A stretch of 64,000 nucleotides of DNA, from positions 17,956 through 81,955 of the forward strand of contig JAFRIE010000013.1 in NCBI GenBank assembly GCA_017432885.1, given 5' to 3'. Of this stretch, positions 18,149-24,070 are shown piece by piece. Numbering within the stretch: position 1 is the stretch's first letter; the number at the start of each line of letters is the position of its first letter. This stretch comes from Erysipelotrichaceae bacterium (GTDB lineage Bacteria; Bacillota_I; Bacilli_A; Erysipelotrichales; Erysipelotrichaceae). A program made the translations under genes and the position numbers. A model generated the notes under the pieces. It did not search any database. It worked only from the letters and a program-made list of their open reading frames with translations, and had not been told where the DNA came from.

Positions 18149-18824
18149 TGAAATTCCCCCTTATTCTTTTTAACAGGAACAGCATGCCCGTTATCATCAA
18201 CATCGACCAGATAAGAAAACGTTCTTTTCCAAAAAGAAGCAGACAAAGAACGGTAATCAGAAAAGAAAGAACAACGGTCAGATGGTCCTTGTTTGTTTCC
18301 CACTGGCTTAATACAATAACGATGAACAGAGCGGTCATGGAGAAGTCGATACCGGTATAGTTGAAAGGAAGGACATCCCCCAGGATGGCTCCGATCAGGG
18401 AGCCTGTGATCCACCAGAGATGATGAAAAAGAGAAAGGTGGAAACAGTAAGTCTCTTTCTTTAGAGCGGAAAGATCTTTGCTGCAGACGATAGAAAAGGT
18501 CTCGTCCGTCAGAGCGAAAATATCATAAAGACGGTGTCTTTTTATCGTCCCGTATTCTTTCAGCATCCCTATTCCATAAAACAGATGTCGGATATTCACC
18601 ATGACGGTCATCAAGAATGTGGTAATCACGGAGGCGGATCCACTCAGCAAATCAACCCCTGCAAATTGCATGGAACCGGCGTAGATAAATACGGACATAG
18701 CCAGCGTATGAAGAAAAGAGAAACCCTTGGCATCCATGAGAATACCAAAGCCCATTCCAAGAACCATATAACCCGGAAAGATCGTCAGAGAATCTTTGAA
18801 TGCCATTTTTGTTTCTTTCTGCAT
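18141..18824 (-). CDS. azlC: AzlC family branched-chain amino acid exporter subunit
   Basis: 227-aa polytopic protein with an AzlC-like layout (FIYAGSMQF motif), paired with azlD. Confidence 0.75.
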   Translation of the reverse strand: MQKETKMAFKDSLTIFPGYMVLGMGFGILMDAKGFSFLHTLAMSVFIYAGSMQFAGVDLLSGSASVITTFLMTVMVNIRHLFYGIGMLKEYGTIKRHRLYDIFALTDETFSIVCSKDLSALKKETYCFHLSLFHHLWWITGSLIGAILGDVLPFNYTGIDFSMTALFIVIVLSQWETNKDHLTVVLSFLITVLCLLLFGKERFLIWSMLMITGMLFLLKRIRGNFNA

Positions 18825-19102
18825 TAAGTAAATTATAGGCCATTTCCGCTAATTGCATCAGGGAATTGCTTTGGAAACAGCCTTAAAGAAAGACAGGATT
18901 CGAATTACGAGATCTATTACCGGAAACTGCTGAAGGTGTGGGGATAATCATTTCAGATGTTGATCTTCCATCAAGGGACAGATCGTATATGACCCTGTGC
19001 AGTTTTTTTACCATCTCCGGTGTTATATTATCCGTGTAATCAAGTTAAGTCTCGCTTTCCTCTTTCTCCTTTCTGTGTTAGTCATTCTGTTTTTCCTTTC
19101 CT

Positions 19103-19156
19103 GAAAACCCCGGCAACGGGGTTTTCAACATAGAAAAGGATCCTTTCGGATCCTTT
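19103..19156 (-). terminator. Two tandem terminator hairpins after rtcB
   Basis: AAAGGAUCC-GAAA-GGAUCCUUU followed by UCU (overlaps the stop codon), then GAAAACCCCG-UUGC-CGGGGUUUUC. Confidence 0.55.
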
Positions 19157-20360
19157 ATTCATCAGCCTTGAAATTGTAGATCGGTTTCACCGTTTGAATG
19201 ATCTGTGCAGTCGGAGTGATATTCTCGACAATATCTTTCATATCCTTATAGGCCATCGGGCTTTCATCCAGCGTATTACGGTTTACCGTCGTAGAGTAGA
19301 TGCCCTCCATCTGCCTTTCAAACTCTTCTACCGACAAGGAACGGAAGGCTTCGTTCCTTGACATGATCCTTCCGGCACCGTGCGGTGCGGAACAGTTCCA
19401 TTCCGGATTTCCTTTTCCGATACAGATCAGAGATCCGTCTCTCATGTTGATTGGGATCAGGAGTTTCTCCCCTTTCTGTGCGGATACGGAGCCTTTTCTC
19501 AAGATCATATTTTCGGTATCGATGTAGTTGTGTACGGTCGTAAACTGGTCGGTAACAGTCAATCCCATTCCCTCAACGATGATCTGCATCATCGTTTTAC
19601 GGTTGATATCGGCAAATTCCTGCATGATCTTCATGTCGTGGATGTAGTCCTTGAACAGGCTGCCGCTTACATAGGCCATCTCCTTTGGAATGTCCGTCTT
19701 TGCCTCTTTCTTGATATCCTCCAGCATCGCTGAAATTTCTCCGCTTCTGCCCTGTGACTTCAGTTCATCGATCCTTTTCTGAATCTCTTCCTTTGTGACT
19801 CCGTTGATCTGCTGCCAGGCCAGACGCTGATAGATCTCGGCCACTTCCTTTCCCAGATGTCTGGAACCGGAATGGATGACGATGTAGAGAGTTCCTTTCT
19901 CATCTTTATCCACCTCGATGAAATGGTTGCCTCCGCCCAGAGAACCGATGGCTTTCAGTTCCTTTTCAAGGTGTTCCAATCTGCTGATGCATCTTAGATT
20001 AAAGACACGCACTTGGTCGGCATTGACGTGCTTCTTTTTGCGCACATTTATGCCCGAAGGGATCTGTTCATGGATCAGACGATCCAGTTTCTCAAGATCG
20101 ATCTCCTTCTCTTTGATCATGACCGTTTCCATCCCGCAGCCGATATCAACACCGACCATATTCGGTGTAACCGCGCCATGCAAAGTCATGGTCGTTCCGA
20201 TGGTACATCCCGCTCCCGCATGGACGTCCGGCATGATACGGATCCTGGAATCCTTGTATATCTCCATGTCACACAAGGCCTGCAGCTGCTGTAGCGCTGT
20301 TTCTTCTACGTTTGAAGTGTAAACGATCGCTTCGTTGTATTTTCCCTGTATCTTGTACAT
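19155..20360 (-). CDS. rtcB: RtcB family RNA 3'-phosphate/5'-OH ligase
   Basis: MPDVHAGAGCTIG, GGGNHFIE, IHSGSRHLG and SAPHGAGR (the guanylylated His context). 401 aa. Confidence 0.9.
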   Translation of the reverse strand: MYKIQGKYNEAIVYTSNVEETALQQLQALCDMEIYKDSRIRIMPDVHAGAGCTIGTTMTLHGAVTPNMVGVDIGCGMETVMIKEKEIDLEKLDRLIHEQIPSGINVRKKKHVNADQVRVFNLRCISRLEHLEKELKAIGSLGGGNHFIEVDKDEKGTLYIVIHSGSRHLGKEVAEIYQRLAWQQINGVTKEEIQKRIDELKSQGRSGEISAMLEDIKKEAKTDIPKEMAYVSGSLFKDYIHDMKIMQEFADINRKTMMQIIVEGMGLTVTDQFTTVHNYIDTENMILRKGSVSAQKGEKLLIPINMRDGSLICIGKGNPEWNCSAPHGAGRIMSRNEAFRSLSVEEFERQMEGIYSTTVNRNTLDESPMAYKDMKDIVENITPTAQIIQTVKPIYNFKADE

Positions 20361-20405
20361 ATTACTCCTTTCATAAATCCGTCCGATCTCAGGACGGGCC
20401 TAAGA

Positions 20406-21854
20406 TTAGACGGTGATTCTTTCGTATCTTTCCGTATTCAGTACGGAAAGCATGTATTCATATGGCGTCATGTTGATTCCTTTGACCAGGGATTCGAATA
20501 CGGCTGTCGACTGACCGGAAGCCAGCTGTACCCCTTTACGGTCAAAGGAAGCGTGATAAGTACTGTGACGCGAATTGACGTTCCAGAAGACCACGCTTGG
20601 CATCTCGTAACCGTTATCCTCGAACTGTTTCTTCATCAGGTCGTAGAACAGCCAGTTGCCGCTGACGCATCTGTCGATTTCCATGTCGGTAATGACGACG
20701 ATGGAAGAAGGCATTTCCTCTTTCGGGGTCCGGTATTTGACTGCCGTATACAGCAGGAGCCGGAATGCGGCTTCAAGGTCCGTGTTCATCGCCCATTGGG
20801 CATTCGCAATGTATCGGATCTTCTCGAAAAGACTGTCGCCCTTGATGGTGACCAGTTCCGGCCTTGCGGAGAAGGTCATGAAGGTATTGGCAAAAGGACC
20901 TTTGTTTCTTTCGGCAAAATACATGGCCAGACCGACCGAAGTCGCCATCGGTCTGCCGGACATTGAACCGGAAACATCGGCCATGACCAGAAAGCTGTTT
21001 TCGCCTTCGATGTAATTCGGTAAGGCCTTCCACTGTTCCTCAAGGACCTTGTCCACACCTTCCGACTGATAAAGATATTTTTCAACGATATCGTAAGGAT
21101 AAAGGACGGAAGAATTTATTTTCTCTTCGCCTCTTTCAACCTTGCTTACGAACTCGTCGAAACGTTCTTCATCATGACGCCGGAAAGCTTTGCGGTAGTT
21201 GTTCATGGCTTTGGAAGGAACTTCCGGATAGATAATATCTTCCCAGTTCTTTGCAGACATATCGACTTCAACTACATTCAGATACTTACGCAATACCGCA
21301 AGGGTCTTCCGGTATTCCCGCTCGGACATGCCGAAGCTTTTCGCCAGATATTTGCCTTTTCTGACCGTCTCCCTGTTAGAAGTATTGACGGAAGGAAGCC
21401 ATTTCGCCAGTAAAGATACAGGCTCCATTTTCTTCATACCGGCCAGGTCTTCCTTAAGCTGTTTCTTCAGCAGCGGAACGATGACATCCGCTGCATCGTC
21501 CAGCAGATAGACCAGATCGTCCCATCTTCCGTAATCGGCAACGTATTCCAGATTCTTTCTGAAGATATCGGGATAGTTTTCAGCCAGATACTTCAGCATC
21601 AGTCTGCCGGTACGTCTTTCCCCCAGACCGCCTCTGACATCTCTGGTATAGAAAGCCAGTTTTGTCGCAACAAGCTTATCTTTCACCATGGCTTTTGAGA
21701 ACAGGGCGATGATTTCCTCGTCTTCTCTCTCGCGCATTGCGCCGGAGACGGCAAAAAGATCAACCAGGGCGTCTGACGTGCTGTTTAAAGCCAGAGCGTC
21801 GTTTTCGGTTAGTGTGTAGTTCTGTTCCTTTCTGATGTTATCGAATAAAGTCAT
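20406..21854 (-). CDS. DUF2828-type protein: helical N-terminal half plus C-terminal vWA/MIDAS domain (Ro60-like architecture)
   Basis: Start trimmed to MTLFDNIRKEQ, with AAGGAGG 7 nt upstream. MIDAS motif VMADVSGSMSG and a later VVITDME. N-half has YTRDVRGGLGERR and YGRWDDLVYLL motifs. The family name is from memory and unverified. Confidence 0.65.
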   Translation of the reverse strand: MTLFDNIRKEQNYTLTENDALALNSTSDALVDLFAVSGAMREREDEEIIALFSKAMVKDKLVATKLAFYTRDVRGGLGERRTGRLMLKYLAENYPDIFRKNLEYVADYGRWDDLVYLLDDAADVIVPLLKKQLKEDLAGMKKMEPVSLLAKWLPSVNTSNRETVRKGKYLAKSFGMSEREYRKTLAVLRKYLNVVEVDMSAKNWEDIIYPEVPSKAMNNYRKAFRRHDEERFDEFVSKVERGEEKINSSVLYPYDIVEKYLYQSEGVDKVLEEQWKALPNYIEGENSFLVMADVSGSMSGRPMATSVGLAMYFAERNKGPFANTFMTFSARPELVTIKGDSLFEKIRYIANAQWAMNTDLEAAFRLLLYTAVKYRTPKEEMPSSIVVITDMEIDRCVSGNWLFYDLMKKQFEDNGYEMPSVVFWNVNSRHSTYHASFDRKGVQLASGQSTAVFESLVKGINMTPYEYMLSVLNTERYERITV

Positions 21855-22019
21855 GGTTTTTACCTCCTTATGATTCTTAGACACGGCACTACGGGTGTTG
21901 CGTTTTTCCGGTTTTCTAGATGGTGCAAACAGTTTGTTGCAAGTGCCGTTATACAAGATGCCATATTCGTTCATTTATGAGATGAATGTCACTAAGATTG
22001 CTGCAGGCATCTTTGTTTC

Positions 22020-22122
22020 AAGACGTTGTTATGATCGCGGGATTCGAACCCGCCTGTCCCTGACTGCAAGTCAGGTGCTTACCGCTTAGTCAGATCTCTC
22101 AAAAGATTGCTGTTAACGTCTT
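22020..22122 (-). ncRNA. tRNA-like module (Y-RNA/YrlA-like candidate) in the leader of the vWA-rtcB operon
   Basis: Perfect T arm GCGGG-UUCGAAU-CCCGC (22037-22053). Anticodon-like arm CCUGA-CUUGCAG-UCAGG (22059-22075). D loop AAGCGGUAAG. Only a 4-bp acceptor (GAUC/GAUC) and no CCA. Clamped by an 8-bp helix AAGACGUU/AACGUCUU. Transcript ends are unknown. Confidence 0.5.
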
Positions 22123-22341
22123 TCATTCCAGACACCATAGTTCCTTTACAAGAGGTTTTGCTGTCGGTGTCTGATGTCCCTTGGGACAATTTCATCATAA
22201 CAGGAGTCATATTTATAATAAATTGTCAGTTTCTCAAATTACTTGACCACCTGTTTTATCATTTTTTATGGTTTTTTTACATAGATTTCTTTATTTCTTG
22301 ACCACCTTTTGTGTACCATAAAGGTATATGAAGGCAGAAAC

Positions 22342-23361
22342 ATGGAAGAAAAGATCAAAATATACATACCGGAAAGCGTCAACAGTATCCTATTAAAGGA
22401 CATGGAACTCTTTGAATTCTTCAAAAAGGACGGTTCCTTGAATAAAAACGAGTTCTACAACACTCTGATCGTCAACTACTATGAACAGTACGAAGAAAAC
22501 CAGAGTGCGATCTTTTCTCATATCATCGGCAGCATTTCCGAAAAGTCATCCCTTACGGAAACGGAGGCCAAGGACATCGCCGCCGACATCCTGCAGTACG
22601 TGGATGTCCGAACCTATCAGCTGGACAGACAGAAATACGACGTGGCGATTGCCATGAAACCGACCCGGAAATCCTCCGACGATATCGAATACATCCAGAA
22701 CTGTCTGCTAGGCAATTCCACGCTATCCAATTATTTCCGTAACATGTTCGCATCCTATTCCCTGCTGCCTCAGGACAAACGGGAGACGATCATTTTTAAG
22801 CAGAATTTCGACCTGATCAGGGAAGCTATTGAAGAAGACAGGAAGGTTTATTTCACTACTGTCAAAAACACTGCACCGCACATTATGTCTCCGTATACGA
22901 TCGCCAGTTCCAGAGAGGAGCTTTTCAACTATCTGATCGGTAACTACAAAGACCATCCCTACAGTTTCCGCATTTCCCGGATCCGGCAGGTCAAGATCCT
23001 GAATGAATCCAGGGATATGCCGGAAGGACTCGTCAGAATTTTCGAATGGATGGAAAAGTTCGGTCCGCAGTTCTCCTACGACATCAAGAAACCGAGAACG
23101 CCGATCATCGTCAGACTGACGGAAAACGGCAGACGGCAGTTCCGTTCCATGTATCTGCATCGGCCTTCTCCTTTCAAGATCGAGGAGGATCTCTACTATT
23201 TTGACTGTTCCCGTTCCCAGGCTTTCCAGTACTTCTCCAGACTCGGAAGCAACGCGACCGTACTGAAACCTGAAGACCTGGCCGATGATCTGTACAGGTT
23301 CTATTCCATGGCGGAAAGAAAATACCGGAAACTTGTCAGAGAAGAACCCGGAAATGAATGA
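22342..23361 (+). CDS. WYL-like domain protein with a WCX-like C-terminus and an unrecognised N-terminal region
   Basis: Start trimmed to MEEKIKIYIPE. WYL-type core: KVYFTTVKNTAPHIMSPYTIASSREELFNYLIGNYKDHPYSFRISRIRQVKIL. C-terminal ...FSRLGSNATVLKPEDLADDL resembles the WYL C-terminal extension. No canonical wHTH seen. Confidence 0.5.
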   Translation: MEEKIKIYIPESVNSILLKDMELFEFFKKDGSLNKNEFYNTLIVNYYEQYEENQSAIFSHIIGSISEKSSLTETEAKDIAADILQYVDVRTYQLDRQKYDVAIAMKPTRKSSDDIEYIQNCLLGNSTLSNYFRNMFASYSLLPQDKRETIIFKQNFDLIREAIEEDRKVYFTTVKNTAPHIMSPYTIASSREELFNYLIGNYKDHPYSFRISRIRQVKILNESRDMPEGLVRIFEWMEKFGPQFSYDIKKPRTPIIVRLTENGRRQFRSMYLHRPSPFKIEEDLYYFDCSRSQAFQYFSRLGSNATVLKPEDLADDLYRFYSMAERKYRKLVREEPGNE

Positions 23362-23364
23362 CGG

Positions 23365-23435
23365 ATTCTTTGCTGAGACTTGAACACAGATCTGCAGATT
23401 CAAAGTCTGCTGTCCTTCCTTTAGACGACAAAGAA
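23365..23435 (-). tRNA. tRNA-Gln (anticodon UUG), atypical
   Basis: Acceptor UUCUUUG/CAAAGAA (U1:A72). D arm GUC-UAAAGGAAG-GAC. Anticodon arm GCAGA-CUUUGAA-UCUGC. T arm CUGUG-UUCAAGU-CUCAG with one U*U mismatch. No encoded CCA. The 3' end is 3 nt from the stop of the convergent gene. Confidence 0.6.
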
Positions 23436-23438
23436 ACG

Positions 23439-23522
23439 TGGTGCACAGGGAAGGAATTTGCACCTTCACAGAATTAACGGGAGTTTTACAGACTCTTGAG
23501 CTCACTCGTGCTCAGCCTGTCC
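23439..23522 (-). tRNA. tRNA-Tyr (anticodon GUA), long-variable-arm type with a non-canonical elbow
   Basis: Acceptor GGACAGG/CCUGUGC (G2*G71 mismatch), A73, CCA encoded. D arm GAGC-ACGAGUGA-GCUC (no GG). Anticodon loop CUGUAAA. 12-nt variable region. T stem GAAGG/CCUUC with an 8-nt loop UGCAAAUU. Confidence 0.6.
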
Positions 23523-23523
23523 A

Positions 23524-23600
23524 TGGTCAGTGTGACAGGATTCGAACCTGTGGTCTCATGGTCCCAGGCCATGCGCTTTGCCAAGCTAAGCTACACACTG
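23524..23600 (-). tRNA. tRNA-Pro (anticodon UGG) with C at position 33
   Basis: Acceptor CAGUGUG/CACACUG. D arm GCUU-AGCUUGGCA-AAGC. Anticodon arm CAUGG-CCUGGGA-CCAUG. T arm ACAGG-UUCGAAU-CCUGU. A73 and CCA encoded. Confidence 0.8.
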
Positions 23601-23605
23601 ATGAT

Positions 23606-23680
23606 TGGCGGTCTATACGGGAATTGAACCCGTATCCGGTGATAGACAGTCACCTATCTTAGCCGTTAGACGAATAGACC
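23606..23680 (-). tRNA. tRNA-Asp (anticodon GUC)
   Basis: Acceptor GGUCUAU/AUAGACC. D arm GUCU-AACGGCUA-AGAU. Anticodon arm GGUGA-CUGUCUA-UCACC. T arm ACGGG-UUCAAUU-CCCGU. G73 and CCA encoded. Confidence 0.85.
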
Positions 23681-23682
23681 AC

Positions 23683-23757
23683 TGGTTCCAGATCAGGGAG
23701 TTGAACCCTGTTCCTGCGGCTTATGAGACCGCGACAGATACCGACCTTCCATCTGGT
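23683..23757 (-). tRNA. tRNA with CAU anticodon (Met, initiator or lysidine-Ile; undecided)
   Basis: Acceptor ACCAGAU/AUCUGGA with an A1*A72 mismatch. Weak D stem. Anticodon arm GCGGU-CUCAUAA-GCCGC. T arm CAGGG-UUCAACU-CCCUG. A73 and CCA encoded. Confidence 0.7.
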
Positions 23758-23760
23758 ATA

Positions 23761-23835
23761 TGGTAATGCCACCGGGACTTGAACCCGGATTGCAGGATTG
23801 AAAATCCTGTGACCTGACCTTTCGTCGATGGCATC
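23761..23835 (-). tRNA. tRNA-Glu (anticodon UUC)
   Basis: Acceptor GAUGCCA/UGGCAUU (G1:U72). D arm GAC-GAAAGGUCAG-GUC. Anticodon arm CAGGA-UUUUCAA-UCCUG. T arm CCGGG-UUCAAGU-CCCGG. A73 and CCA encoded. Confidence 0.85.
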
Positions 23836-23836
23836 A

Positions 23837-23911
23837 TGGTAGAAGCTGATGGACTTGAACCAGTCAACTGACGATTATAAGTCGCCTGTTTTTCCTTTAA
23901 ACTAAGCTTCT
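23837..23911 (-). tRNA. tRNA-Ile (anticodon UAU), atypical T stem
   Basis: Acceptor AGAAGCU/AGCUUCU. D arm GUUU-AAAGGAA-AAAC. Anticodon arm GGCGA-CUUAUAA-UCGUC. T loop UUCAAGU with stem GA(C)UGG/CCAUC (bulged C). A73 and CCA encoded. Confidence 0.7.
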
Positions 23912-23913
23912 GC

Positions 23914-23988
23914 TGGGGTATTGTAACGGTACTGCCCCGTTTCTTTCGCGGTCACAACGCGACGTACTGCTTCTATACGAACAACACC
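23914..23988 (-). tRNA. tRNA-His (anticodon GUG) with a non-canonical T loop
   Basis: Encoded G-1 paired to C73. Acceptor GUGUUGU/ACAAUAC. CCA encoded. Anticodon arm UCGCG-UUGUGAC-CGCGA. T stem AACGG/CCGUU is perfect but the loop is GGCAGUA. D loop AGAAGCA lacks GG. Confidence 0.7.
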
Positions 23989-23991
23989 ATA

Positions 23992-24065
23992 TGGCTTCGG
24001 GTGACCGACTCGAACGGTCATCCTATGAGTCAGAGTCATAGATCCTGCCATTAGAAGAACCCGAA
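23992..24065 (-). tRNA. tRNA-Gln (anticodon CUG)
   Basis: Acceptor UUCGGGU/ACCCGAA (U1:A72). Anticodon arm UAUGA-CUCUGAC-UCAUA. T arm GACCG-UUCGAGU-CGGUC. G73 and CCA encoded. D stem about 3 bp. Confidence 0.8.
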
Positions 24066-24070
24066 TCCCG

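Noticed and set aside
18841-19100. A T-box or other riboswitch in the azlCD leader.
   Set aside because: I could not find the conserved T-box sequence, a specifier/AGAGA stem I, or another riboswitch core by eye. It is left only as a low-interest unexplained leader.
21855-21974. A 40-codon N-terminal extension of the DUF2828-type ORF (track start 21974).
   Set aside because: The internal ATG at 21852-21854 has AAGGAGG at ideal spacing, and family proteins start with MTLF-like sequences. The extension has no RBS and overlaps the structured leader.
22030-22101. A bona fide tRNA-Ala(UGC) gene upstream of the vWA gene.
   Set aside because: The T arm, the anticodon arm and the D loop are tRNA-like. 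However, the acceptor pairs only 4 bp (GAUC/GAUC), the D stem is about 2 bp and there is no CCA. I treat it as a tRNA-like ncRNA module or a remnant, not a functional tRNA.
22723-23505. A 260-aa minus-strand ORF.
   Set aside because: It lies antisense to the WYL-like CDS, which has recognisable motifs and an RBS. It also runs through two tRNA genes. The composition is Arg/Ser/Gly-rich, typical of an antisense artefact.
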